32,473 nt of DNA from Candidatus Omnitrophota bacterium (GCA_043812495.1 JBDRMG010000015.1:1-32473); one strand, 5' to 3'. Shown: positions 8,133 to 17,962, counted from the stretch's first letter. Notes: a model not told the origin generated them from the letters alone. Translations and numbers: made by a program.

Positions 8133-8371
8133 GGATATCAGAAGATCGGGTGATCAGGGACTGGGTTATTAGGAGATAAGGAGATCGGGGACACATTCAT
8201 TTATTGACTTTCTCTTTATTAAAGGAACGGTGGAAGTCAATATTAGGTCTTCTTTCTCGTATAGAGAGAATATTATTGACTGTTCCATTAATAAGGAAAA
8301 GACCAATAAAAGTCCCCAATATCCAAATATCCAAATCTCCTAGTTCCGGATTCCCAAATTACCAAATCACC
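8133..8371. repeat. ~240-nt imperfect inverted repeat: mirrored degenerate 8-mer arrays enclosing a 130-nt GGGGAC..GTCCCC fold-back
   Basis: Left GGNNATNN-type units, right NNATNNCC-type units. Inner pairs: ggggac/gtcccc, tttattg/caataaa, ttattaa/ttaataa, ggaac/gttcc, agtcaata/tattgact, ttctttct/agagagaa. Confidence 0.8.
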
Positions 8372-8377
8372 TGAATT

Positions 8378-9298
8378 ATGGAATACATTAAAATACCGAA
8401 AACAGATTTGAATGTTTCCGCCATCACCCTGGGCACCTGGGTCTTTGGAGGAGAGTCATGGGGCGGCGCCAAGGACGAAGAATCGATTCAAGCGGTTCAT
8501 CAGGCGATCGAATGCGGTATCAATACGATTGATACGGCGCCTATTTACGGCGACGGACATTCCGAGGAAATTGTCGGCAAGGCCATCAAGAATAGGCGAG
8601 ATCAAGTTATTCTGGCGACCAAATGCGGCTTGATCAAGAAAGGAAAACAGGTCCTTATTGATTTAAGTCCGGCCTCAGTCCAAAAAGAAATAGATGACTC
8701 TTTAAGAAGGCTGAATGTCGATCAAATTGATTTATATCAATGCCATTGGCCGGATAAAAACACTCCTATTCAAGAAACCATGGAGACGCTGCTTGCGTTA
8801 AAGGACAAGAAGAAGATACGTTATATCGGTGTATCCAATTTTGATTTGAATCTTTTGAAAGAGTCAAGAAAAAACGCGGATGTCGTGACCCAGCAAGTTC
8901 AGTATTCCATGCTTGAGAGATCCATCGAAAAGGACATCCTACCGTATTGCCAAAAACAGGAAATTGGTATTCTGACGTACGGCGTCTTGGCCGGAGGCAT
9001 CCTTTCGGGAAAATATGCACAAGAAAAGAATTTTCAAGGAAGCGATGCCAGAAGCTTCCTTTATCCTTATTATCGTGGCGAAAAGTTTATCCAAACAAAG
9101 GCATGCGTTGACGCCATCAGGAAAATAGGAAAACCTCCTTATGAGACGGCCATCAATTGGGTGCGTCAGCAACCGGGTGTGACAAGCGTCATCGTTGGAT
9201 GCCGGAATGCCGAGCAGGTTAGGATGAACGCGCAAGCGGCCCAGTGGACCCTCAGCGAAGATCAAATACAGCTATTGTCGCAATTTAAGTTCTCATGA
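8378..9298 (+). CDS. Aldo/keto reductase
   Basis: LGTW, DTAPIYG, LATKCG, IDLYQCHWPD, IGVSNF. Confidence 0.95.
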   Translation: MEYIKIPKTDLNVSAITLGTWVFGGESWGGAKDEESIQAVHQAIECGINTIDTAPIYGDGHSEEIVGKAIKNRRDQVILATKCGLIKKGKQVLIDLSPASVQKEIDDSLRRLNVDQIDLYQCHWPDKNTPIQETMETLLALKDKKKIRYIGVSNFDLNLLKESRKNADVVTQQVQYSMLERSIEKDILPYCQKQEIGILTYGVLAGGILSGKYAQEKNFQGSDARSFLYPYYRGEKFIQTKACVDAIRKIGKPPYETAINWVRQQPGVTSVIVGCRNAEQVRMNAQAAQWTLSEDQIQLLSQFKFS

Positions 9299-10614
9299 TC
9301 AAACCAGAATTGATCCGGAACTTTGTGGACCAGAAGTGCCAAAATTTTGGTCCGAATAAGCGCCAGGAAATCACCCGCCTTATTTATGAAATCTCAAAAC
9401 GCGAGAATTTGGTATATTCCGATCTTCTCAAAGAATTCTCACTTTCCAAAGCACCGTTTCCTTATTTTAAAGACAATCTCATCCAAAGACGATTTCCGAA
9501 CATCTCCTCGATAAGACAGAAAAACCGCCTGCGATTAGCGAAACTGGATATCGATCGCGCGCATAAAGTCAGCATAAAATCATCCTTAAAATTCTACCCA
9601 AAGGATATTTTTATTGAAAAAACCGTCGAGCAAAGTTTACTAGCCCGGCGCGTTAAACGACTATTCCCCGAAAGTCATTTTCAAACCATTGGCTCATATA
9701 AAGATTGTGTGAATGACAAAAACTTCACTCTAAAAGATTACAACCAAAGACTAAGAAATCTCTTTATCGTGAAGGAAAGTTTTGATCATCTCAAGAAATG
9801 CCCTTGCTCGTTGCGCGCCGTCTCCTGCGGGTATCATATTCTGAATCTAGGATTTGGATGCCCTTATGAATGCACCTATTGCTATCTGCAGGATTACATC
9901 AATTCACCGGGAATTGTTCTTCCCGCGAATATTGAAGATTTCTTTCAAGCGGCATCGGGTATCAAAAGAAAAATGCGCCTTGGTTCCGGCGAATTCACGG
10001 ATTCCCTTGTCTTCGACCCGATCACGCGATATTCTCAAGAAATCGTGGAATTCTTTCGGCGTAAGCCACAGGTGACATTCGAGTTTAAGACAAAAAGTAC
10101 CAATATCGATCTATTGCTAAAAACACAACCTGCGAAAAATATCGTTATTTCATGGTCTGTGAATCCTGAATCAATTGCTTGTGAAAATGAATTCTATGCC
10201 CCTTCAGTTGGCGAAAGGTTACAAGCGGCACAACACTGCGAAAATGCCGGTTACAAAATAGGTTTTCATTTTGATCCTATTATAAAAACCCGTACATGGG
10301 AAAATGATTATCGACAACTTGTGGATCGCATTTTTGACTCAGTCGATGCTAAAAATATTGCCTGGATAAGCCTAGGAACGCTTCGCCTACGGCCTTCCCT
10401 GAAGAAAGCTATCGAAAACAGATTCCCGGATAATTCCATTCTCAATGAGGAATTATATGTGGGTTTTGACGATAAATTGCGCTACGACGATAAAATAAGA
10501 CAGGAAATATACGGTAAAATGAACGATTGGATAACCAAACGAAGCAGAAAAGTTTGGGTTTACCTATGCATGGAAGAGCGCTTCATCCGGAATCAATGGA
10601 GAAAAACTGAGTGA
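9295..10614 (+). CDS. Radical SAM protein, spore photoproduct lyase-like, with N-terminal extension
   Basis: CPC..CGY, GCPYECTYCYLQ (CxxxCxxC), GEFTDSL, EFKTKS, FHFDPII, YLCME. Confidence 0.85.
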   Translation: MIKPELIRNFVDQKCQNFGPNKRQEITRLIYEISKRENLVYSDLLKEFSLSKAPFPYFKDNLIQRRFPNISSIRQKNRLRLAKLDIDRAHKVSIKSSLKFYPKDIFIEKTVEQSLLARRVKRLFPESHFQTIGSYKDCVNDKNFTLKDYNQRLRNLFIVKESFDHLKKCPCSLRAVSCGYHILNLGFGCPYECTYCYLQDYINSPGIVLPANIEDFFQAASGIKRKMRLGSGEFTDSLVFDPITRYSQEIVEFFRRKPQVTFEFKTKSTNIDLLLKTQPAKNIVISWSVNPESIACENEFYAPSVGERLQAAQHCENAGYKIGFHFDPIIKTRTWENDYRQLVDRIFDSVDAKNIAWISLGTLRLRPSLKKAIENRFPDNSILNEELYVGFDDKLRYDDKIRQEIYGKMNDWITKRSRKVWVYLCMEERFIRNQWRKTE

Positions 10615-11132
10615 TGCGAAAGTTAACCCATAATGAGATTGTTCGCCGTCAGAAGAAAAAAATGAAAGATGATAAGCTTTCGTTTCATGTCATCTTGAAC
10701 AATATCCGCAGCTTGTATAATGTCGGTTCAATATTTCGAACGGCTGACGCAGCGGGTTGTGAGAAGTTATGGATTTGCGGAATCACCGGTCACCCTCCCA
10801 ACGCGCAGATATCCAAAACAGCACTTGGAGCACAAGAGACGGTTACTTGGGAGTACCGCGAAGATATTATTTCTCTTGTTAAGGAACTAAAGAAAAACGG
10901 TTTTCAAATTGTTCTTTTGGAGCAAATAAAGGAAAGTAAATCTTACAGTCAATTTATTCCCCGTGCTCCGGTGTGCTTGATTGTAGGAAATGAAATTACC
11001 GGCGTATTGCAAGAGCTGCTATCTTTATGCAAAGAAGCTGTTGAGATTGAAATGTGCGGTCTTAAGAATTCACTCAACGTGTCTGTAGCCTTTGGGATTA
11101 TCGCGTATCATATTCGGCAAAAATTAAGATAA
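10611..11132 (+). CDS. TrmH/SpoU family RNA methyltransferase
   Basis: NIRSLYNVGSIFRTAD, VGNEITG, IEM.GLKNSLNVSVA. Confidence 0.93.
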   Translation: MMRKLTHNEIVRRQKKKMKDDKLSFHVILNNIRSLYNVGSIFRTADAAGCEKLWICGITGHPPNAQISKTALGAQETVTWEYREDIISLVKELKKNGFQIVLLEQIKESKSYSQFIPRAPVCLIVGNEITGVLQELLSLCKEAVEIEMCGLKNSLNVSVAFGIIAYHIRQKLR

Positions 11133-11158
11133 AAGAATAATAATCAATTGTTATTGAG

Positions 11159-11186
11159 TTGCATTATTTTATTTATTGAATATAAT
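11159..11186 (+). promoter_or_regulatory. Putative sigma70 promoter
   Basis: TTGCAT-16 bp-TATAAT in an AT-rich spacer. Confidence 0.4.
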
Positions 11187-11240
11187 AAAAGTGTCTTCCT
11201 GCAGCCCATTTTGACAACAAGGGTCCATTAAACAAAATTT

Positions 11241-12911
11241 ATGAACACTAAAATAATATTTCTTTTGATCGGCGGAGTCGGGTTCTTTTTCTTCGGCATG
11301 CGGACAATGTCTGAAGGCCTCAAGAAGGTTGCCGGTGAACGACTCAAATCAATCTTGAATATGGTCACTAAAGTTCCGCTTGTGGGCGTCTTGGTGGGAG
11401 CGGCGGTCACTTGTATTATCCAGTCCTCCGGCGCCACAAGCGTTATGGTCGTCGGCTTTGTCAATGCAGGATTACTCACTCTTAAGCAGGCTATTAGCGT
11501 TGTGATCGGCGCTAATATCGGCACAACGATGACAGCCTGGCTTGTGTCCTTCATGGCGCTTTTTAAGATTACCCAATATGCTCTTCCTTGCGTCGGAATC
11601 GGTTTTGTTATGTCCACGTTTGGAAAGACCAAACGCATCAAATCCTGGGGAGAGGTAATCTTAGGGTTCGGAATTTTATTTATTGGCTTAAGCTACATGA
11701 AGGAAGCCTTTGAGCCCCTCAAAGATAGTCAGCGCGCCAAAGATATTTTTGTCATGTTCAGCACGAATCCGCTTCTGGGTATTTTGGTTGGAATTATTTT
11801 TACCTTTCTTTTGCATAGCTCAAGTGCCACGATTGCCATTACCCAGGTTCTTGCCTACAACGGGCTGATCAGTTTTTCTTCCACGATTCCTTTGATTCTG
11901 GGAGATAATATCGGCTCTACGACAACAGCTCAATTAGCTGCTATTGGAACGAATTTAACAGCCAGGCGTACGGCCATGGCGCATACGGTTTTTAACGTTA
12001 TCGGTGTGACGTATATGTTATTTTTTGTTTATACAGGATGGTTCGCCAAGGCCGTTGAGTTTGTTATTCCGGGTGGCATCACGCAGAAGAATATCATGTT
12101 TCATATTGCTGTTGCTCATAGCATGTTTAATGTCGTCAACACAGCTATCTTCTTGCCTTTGATTGGTTGGCTTGAGAAAGTAGCCATATGGCTTGTTCCC
12201 AAACGAAAAGGCGCCATTGAGCTCGGACCGCAATATTTAGAGAAGCATTTGTTGGACACACCTCCCTTGGCCATGCAGCAGGCCCGCAATGAGGTTCGCT
12301 ATATGTTAAGCGTGGCCGCAAAATCCGTGACGCATGCCATAGAATGTTTCATGAATAATGATGAGAAAGATTTAGACAAAGTTGCTCAATACGAGAGGAT
12401 CACGGATAATCTTCAATCAGAAATTACCCAATATGTGATTGAACTTTCTCAAAGAGAACTAGCGAGTGAAGAATCGCAAGAGATTCCTGTTTTGATTCAC
12501 AATGTCAACGATATCGAACGCGTGGGAGATCATTCAACTAACATCGCCGAACTGGCAGAAGCAAAGATCGACGAAAAGATCGTCTTTTCCCCGGAGGCCA
12601 TAAAAGAATTGAATATGATGTCTCATGAGCTTCAGGAAATGCTCAAAGAAACAGAAGAAGCGCTCAAGCAGAATGATCCCATGATTGCCCAAAATATCCT
12701 CAAGCGCGAAGAGCGTATCAATGAATATCAGATTCGTTTTAAAGAGAGCCATATCGATCGATTAAACCACGGTGTTTGCGTGTTAAGTTCTAATTTCACT
12801 TTTTTGGATTTTATTGACAACTTAGAAAAGATTGCGGACCACTTAACAAATATCGCCCAGGGAGTTATCGGGCGCATGCGTTGGACAATGCACAGGCACG
12901 AAAACACATAA
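11241..12911 (+). CDS. Na/Pi cotransporter family protein with PhoU-like C-terminal domains
   Basis: QSSGAT/HSSSAT repeats, GANIGTT/GDNIGST, DIERVGDH/LEKIADH. Confidence 0.93.
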   Translation: MNTKIIFLLIGGVGFFFFGMRTMSEGLKKVAGERLKSILNMVTKVPLVGVLVGAAVTCIIQSSGATSVMVVGFVNAGLLTLKQAISVVIGANIGTTMTAWLVSFMALFKITQYALPCVGIGFVMSTFGKTKRIKSWGEVILGFGILFIGLSYMKEAFEPLKDSQRAKDIFVMFSTNPLLGILVGIIFTFLLHSSSATIAITQVLAYNGLISFSSTIPLILGDNIGSTTTAQLAAIGTNLTARRTAMAHTVFNVIGVTYMLFFVYTGWFAKAVEFVIPGGITQKNIMFHIAVAHSMFNVVNTAIFLPLIGWLEKVAIWLVPKRKGAIELGPQYLEKHLLDTPPLAMQQARNEVRYMLSVAAKSVTHAIECFMNNDEKDLDKVAQYERITDNLQSEITQYVIELSQRELASEESQEIPVLIHNVNDIERVGDHSTNIAELAEAKIDEKIVFSPEAIKELNMMSHELQEMLKETEEALKQNDPMIAQNILKREERINEYQIRFKESHIDRLNHGVCVLSSNFTFLDFIDNLEKIADHLTNIAQGVIGRMRWTMHRHENT

Positions 12912-12965
12912 TTATTTCCTTCCAAGATAAAATTTTTCAAACATTGATAAATTAGAGGAAAAAGA

Positions 12966-14322
12966 TTGAATATCAGCAGCTTCATAGCGCAATTTAGCTC
13001 ATGGGTCTGGGGCCCGCCGATAATGATCCTTTTGGTGGGAACCGGATTATTCTTAAGCCTATTGCTTAAAGGGGTCCAAATCAGAGGTTTCCGGCATGCG
13101 ATCGGTATTTTAAGCGGCAAGTACGACAATGCCGAAGATCCTGGAGAGATTTCTCATTTTCGCGCTTTAGCTACGGCGCTTTCTGCCACCATTGGTACAG
13201 GAAATATCGTCGGGGTGGCTGCGGCGATTCTTATCGGCGGGCCGGGCGCTGTCTTCTGGATGTGGGTCACGGCCGTGGTCGGTATGGCCACAAAGTTCAC
13301 AAGCTGTACGCTGGCCGTCCATTTTCGCCGGATTGATGAAAAAGGAGAGGCTCATGGCGGTCCTATGCATTTTATCGAGAAGGGAATGGGACCGAAATTC
13401 AAATGGCTGGCTATTTTATTTGCCCTTTTCACAATGGTTGCCAGCTTAGGAATCGGCAACATGTTTCAGATCAATAATATGGTATCGTCTATTAACGGAT
13501 TGATTTTGGGAGAGGGAGCGAAGATTTCATTCTCTTTAAGCATGACGGTGGGTGTCCTGACGGCTGTTTTAGTGGCGAGTGTCATTATCGGTGGAATTAA
13601 AAGGATCGCGCATTTGGCCGGACTCCTCGTCCCTTTTATGTGTATTTTTTATGTTCTCTCGGGGCTTCTTATTTTACTCAAGAATTATCATCTCATCGGA
13701 CATGGATTCAATCTTATTTTTATGCAAGCATTTCATGCGCCTGAGTCTGTGGCCGGAGGCCTTGTCGGCGGTGTTATCCGTTCAGGTGTCGCGAGAGGAC
13801 TATTTTCAAATGAAGCCGGATTGGGAAGTGCGCCGATGGCCCATGGCGCGGGCCCGCACGAAGGAACCTGTTCGGGAAGGTCTTGTGGCCATGCTCGGAC
13901 CTTTTATCGATACCATCGTTGTCTGCAGCATCACAGCTCTTGTGATTGTCTGCATGGGAACTTATGAAACAGTCACGATCAAAGGACAATTAACATCCGC
14001 TGCTTTTGAGGCCGGATTACCGGGGTCACGGTGGGTTGTCTCGGTCGGCATCAGCCTATTCGCCTTCTCAACGCTGATTGCCTGGTCTTATTACGGAGAC
14101 CGGGCGGTTGATTATCTTTTTGGGGCAAAGGCTGTTTTACCTTACCGAATCATTTATACGGGCTTTGTCGTGATAGGAGCGATTAGACCCTTGGATGATG
14201 TGATCAATTTCTCCGACGCCCTTAACGGCCTCATGGCCATTCCGAATCTTACAGCTCTTCTTGTTCTCTCGCCACTTGTGGTTAAGTTAACAAAAGATTA
14301 TAGGAAAAAATATAGAACATAA
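12966..14322 (+). pseudogene. Alanine/glycine:cation symporter (AGCS) with a +1 frameshift at 13850-13852 (pseudogene or sequence error)
   Basis: Frame 1 runs ALSATIGTGNI..GGPGA.FWMW..RGLFSNEAGLGSAPMAH. The other frame continues ARTKEPVREGLVAMLGPFIDTIVVC..FAFSTLIAWSYYG..GLMAIPNL. Removing one G restores HGAARTKEP. Confidence 0.85.
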
Positions 14323-14332
14323 CGGTGCCCTT

Positions 14333-14995
14333 ATGAAAAATCAGATCAGGACAAAAGCAATTATTTTTGATATGGACGGCGTGATCACCAATACCATGCC
14401 GGATCATTATCGCGTATGGAGTAGTCTATTCCGCGCACAGGGAATTCCTGCCTCTCGCTTGGACGTTTACAAAAGAGAAGGGCAGAGGGGAATCGATAGC
14501 GTTCTAGAAATCTTCCAAGAGCATCAGAAAGGGATTAGTTTAAAAGAAGCGCAAAATTTGCTGACACAAAAAGAGAAAATGTTTAAGAAAATCGTGAAAC
14601 AAAGATTTATTCCCGGCGCGAGGCGTTTTCTTCGCACTCTTCATCGCCAAGGTTTTCAACTTGGCCTTGTGACAGGTACGTCGCGTCATGAACTCAGGAA
14701 AATTCTGCCTGAATCGATCGCCAAAAGGTTTGATGTGATCATCACGGGAAGCGATGTGAAAAACGGCAAGCCTCATCCCGAACCCTACTTGACGGCGCTC
14801 AAGAAATTAAAGCAAAAGTCGAGAAACGCCGTTGTGATTGAGAACGCCCCGTTCGGCATTCAATCCGCAAAAAAAGCCAAATTGAGATGTTTCGCCATTG
14901 CAACATCTTTGTCGAAGTATTATTTAAAAGAAGCCGATGACGTCTTTGGATCCATCAAAGAGCTTCAAAAGAGAAATCAATTTATCAAATCGTGA
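14333..14995 (+). CDS. HAD-family phosphatase (beta-PGM-like)
   Basis: FDMDGV, VTGT, GKPHPEPY, IENAPFG. Confidence 0.92.
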   Translation: MKNQIRTKAIIFDMDGVITNTMPDHYRVWSSLFRAQGIPASRLDVYKREGQRGIDSVLEIFQEHQKGISLKEAQNLLTQKEKMFKKIVKQRFIPGARRFLRTLHRQGFQLGLVTGTSRHELRKILPESIAKRFDVIITGSDVKNGKPHPEPYLTALKKLKQKSRNAVVIENAPFGIQSAKKAKLRCFAIATSLSKYYLKEADDVFGSIKELQKRNQFIKS

Positions 14996-14996
14996 T

Positions 14997-15857
14997 ATGA
15001 AAATAAAAAATATATTATTGATTTACAAAAAAAGCTATTACCGACTGCATTCTATGGACGAAAGACGCGGTATTTTTGCTAGGAGCGTTACTTTTCAACG
15101 AAAGGATATTGAGCGTTTCAGACAGGCGCATGATGCGCACACCAAGACCCTTCGCTCTGTTGAGAAGACCCTACGCGCGCTGAAACTTTCCTATCGAAAA
15201 TGCTATCGCGGCAGCCGAATCAACTACCGATCATTTGATTTTGTTATTACGGTCGGAGGGGACGGGACTTTTTTAGAAGGCGCGAGATACGCGAACAAAC
15301 AACCCATGCTCGGAGTTAATTCTGACCCCGAGCGAAGCATAGGCCGATTTTGCTCAGCCAACAAGCAAAGTTTTAGTAAAACCATCTCGCGCATATTATC
15401 AAATCAACTCAAACCCAAAAGTCTGCACAGAATAAGAATATCAATCAGAGGCCTTAAACCCGTTAATGTCCTCAACGACATTCTGATCAGTAATGACAAT
15501 CCGGCCGCCATGAGCCGTTATGTTCTTAAAATTGGCCAAAGAAAAGAATTTCAGCGGAGTTCCGGATTATGGATTTCTACGGCGGCCGGGTCATCAGGCG
15601 CTATCAAATCGGCCGGCGGAAAAGTGATGAAGCTTCAAAGCAAAGACGGACAGTATCTTCCGCGTGAATTGCAAATATGCCCGAATGAGACATTGAAGCT
15701 TAAAGGGGGCATTTATCGTCTTAAGAACCCAATCGTCGTTACATCCCTTATGCGCAAAGGCATGATCTATGTGGATGGCGCTCATTTGAGGATTCCGTTT
15801 CCTTTTAATACCAAGTTGATTGTTTCTCGCTCGCCAGATCACATAAGCGTTTTTTAG
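14997..15857 (+). CDS. nadK: NAD(+)/NADH kinase
   Basis: VGGDGTFL, GVNSDP, VLND, SSGLWISTAAGSS..IKSAGG; ATG 14997 follows the HAD stop. Confidence 0.85.
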   Translation: MKIKNILLIYKKSYYRLHSMDERRGIFARSVTFQRKDIERFRQAHDAHTKTLRSVEKTLRALKLSYRKCYRGSRINYRSFDFVITVGGDGTFLEGARYANKQPMLGVNSDPERSIGRFCSANKQSFSKTISRILSNQLKPKSLHRIRISIRGLKPVNVLNDILISNDNPAAMSRYVLKIGQRKEFQRSSGLWISTAAGSSGAIKSAGGKVMKLQSKDGQYLPRELQICPNETLKLKGGIYRLKNPIVVTSLMRKGMIYVDGAHLRIPFPFNTKLIVSRSPDHISVF

Positions 15858-15869
15858 GCAAATTTTCAA

Positions 15870-16922
15870 ATGTCCAAAATTCACCTATTCTCAAAGAAGC
15901 TTATTCAATGGTATAAGAATAATGCGCGCGCCTTGCCATGGAGGAAAACAAGAGATCCTTATAAGATTTGGATTTCTGAAGTTATGCTTCAGCAAACAAC
16001 CGTGAACGCCGTTATTCCTTTTTACCTTCGGTGGGTCAAAACATTTCCGACTATTCAAAGTGTTTGTCGCGCTCCGTTACAAAAAACCCTTCGCTTATGG
16101 CAAGGCCTGGGTTATTATCATCGCGCAAAAAATATTCATGAGACCGCCAAACTCGTAGCCCGTCAATTCAACAAAAAGATTCCCGATGATCCTGAGATTT
16201 TAAAACGCCTACCGGGATTTGGGCCTTATACGATCGGAGCGGTCTTAAGCATCGCTTTTAATCGACGATATCCGATCATCGATGCCAACGTGCGAAGAGT
16301 TCTGATGCGGCAATTAGCCATTCAAGGTCATGCAGACACAAGAGTCGATCGAAGGCTGAGCAGCTATCTTGAGGATGTCATGCCCTATGAGGATATGAGC
16401 TCTTTTAATCAAGGCCTGATGGAGCTGGGCGCGCTAATCTGTCGAAGCAAGACGCCGTTGTGTCCAAATTGTCCCGTCAATCAATCATGCAAAGCGCATG
16501 ATAAGGGATTGCAGGAAATTATTCCTCAGCCGAAGACAAAAGTGATTCGAAAGATCAAATCCGTTGTGGCGATCGTAAGAAAGGACAATCGCTATTTGAT
16601 TCAAAAGCGTCCGCCCAAAGGACTCCTCGCCAATTTATGGGAATTTCCCGGCGGAAAGGTGAGAAGGAAAGAATCGCTCAAAGACGCGTTGAGACGCGAG
16701 ATAAAAGAAGAACTGGACTGCAGCGTAACACGCAGTCATAAAATTATGAATATCAAACATTATTACACGCAGTTTTGCGTTGATTTAAACGTTTATCAGT
16801 GTCGTTTGAACAATCTGCCGGTATTGCAAAAGACACAAAGGTGGGTGAAGAGAAGCGAATTTCATCGATATCCTATGCCATCGGGAACAGTTCGGATTAT
16901 CGAACAATTAGAAAATTTATGA
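15870..16922 (+). CDS. mutY: A/G-specific adenine glycosylase with C-terminal MutT-like domain
   Basis: LPWR..PYKIWISEVMLQQT, WQGLGYY, LPGFGPYT, DANVRRV, C-x6-C-x2-C-x5-C Fe-S motif. Confidence 0.95.
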   Translation: MSKIHLFSKKLIQWYKNNARALPWRKTRDPYKIWISEVMLQQTTVNAVIPFYLRWVKTFPTIQSVCRAPLQKTLRLWQGLGYYHRAKNIHETAKLVARQFNKKIPDDPEILKRLPGFGPYTIGAVLSIAFNRRYPIIDANVRRVLMRQLAIQGHADTRVDRRLSSYLEDVMPYEDMSSFNQGLMELGALICRSKTPLCPNCPVNQSCKAHDKGLQEIIPQPKTKVIRKIKSVVAIVRKDNRYLIQKRPPKGLLANLWEFPGGKVRRKESLKDALRREIKEELDCSVTRSHKIMNIKHYYTQFCVDLNVYQCRLNNLPVLQKTQRWVKRSEFHRYPMPSGTVRIIEQLENL

Positions 16923-17905
16923 CATTATTGAGTCCTATATTGCGCCTGGTCATTTTGACCCTTTTTGCTTTTGCCTTGATCAAGCTTTCGACCTATGGCT
17001 TTCGACCATCCGGGATATGGCCGATTTCATTAACAGCCGATGAAATCAAAACAGCCCAGAACCTCAAAGATATTGTTGAATTTTTGGCCGGCAGGATTGG
17101 TCATCGAAGTTTTTCATCTTATGAAAATTTGAACCGATCAGCAGAGTTTATTATCAACGCATTTGAAGAACTTGGCTATCAAGTCGAGATTGTATCTTAT
17201 AGCGTGAATAATCAGTTGTTTAAGAATATTGTGGCTGAAGACCCAAGAACGGACAAAGGACAGGGGGTCATAATCATCGGCGCTCATTATGATACGTGTT
17301 ATAACCCTGGGGCAGATGACAACGCAAGCGGTGTGGCCGGACTGCTGGAATTGGCTCAATTGCTCAAAGGTCAGGATTTAGACAAAAGAATAAGATTTAT
17401 TGCATTTGTCAACGAAGAGCCGCCATTTTTTATGACGGAAAATATGGGAAGCTATGTCTATGCGCGCCACATAAAACAGAAAAATGAACAGATTGAACTT
17501 GCAATCATTCTGGAATCCATCGGTTATTATACAAATAAGAAATTTTCACAGAGATATTTGCCTTTAATGGGAATTTTTTATCCCAATCGAGGTAATTTTG
17601 TGGGTGTTGTAGGCAATTTCAAATCACATCGTTTTACGTCTTTTTTGACTAAGGAATTTAAAGCATTAAGCAATATACCTGTTGAATCTGTGACGTGCCC
17701 TAGCTTTGTGCCTGGAGTTAATTTTTCAGATCATTGGTCGTTTTGGAAAGAAAATTATACGGCTGTCATGGTTACGGATACCGCGTTTCTTAGAAATCCT
17801 AATTATCATCAACCTTCGGATTTGCCTTCCACCCTTAATTATGAGAAAATATCTTTAGTGGTTCATGGTTTAAAAAGGGCAATCATGAACCTGGCCAATA
17901 AATAG
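16919..17905 (+). CDS. M28 family metallopeptidase, N-terminally anchored
   Basis: GAHYD..PGADDNASG, NEEPP, SDHWSFW, YHQPSD; ATG overlaps the mutY stop (ATGA). Confidence 0.9.
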   Translation: MTLLSPILRLVILTLFAFALIKLSTYGFRPSGIWPISLTADEIKTAQNLKDIVEFLAGRIGHRSFSSYENLNRSAEFIINAFEELGYQVEIVSYSVNNQLFKNIVAEDPRTDKGQGVIIIGAHYDTCYNPGADDNASGVAGLLELAQLLKGQDLDKRIRFIAFVNEEPPFFMTENMGSYVYARHIKQKNEQIELAIILESIGYYTNKKFSQRYLPLMGIFYPNRGNFVGVVGNFKSHRFTSFLTKEFKALSNIPVESVTCPSFVPGVNFSDHWSFWKENYTAVMVTDTAFLRNPNYHQPSDLPSTLNYEKISLVVHGLKRAIMNLANK

Positions 17906-17962
17906 TAAATTTTCATGTTACATTTCTTCTTTTTTTGATTAAAATGGAAATAAAGGGAGAGT

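Noticed and set aside
8133..8371. Possible CRISPR array
   Set aside because: Units are 7-8 nt, degenerate and contiguous with no spacers; no cas genes in the window
13800..13900. Programmed ribosomal frameshift in the symporter
   Set aside because: No X XXY YYZ slippery site, and I know of no precedent in this family; an indel is simpler
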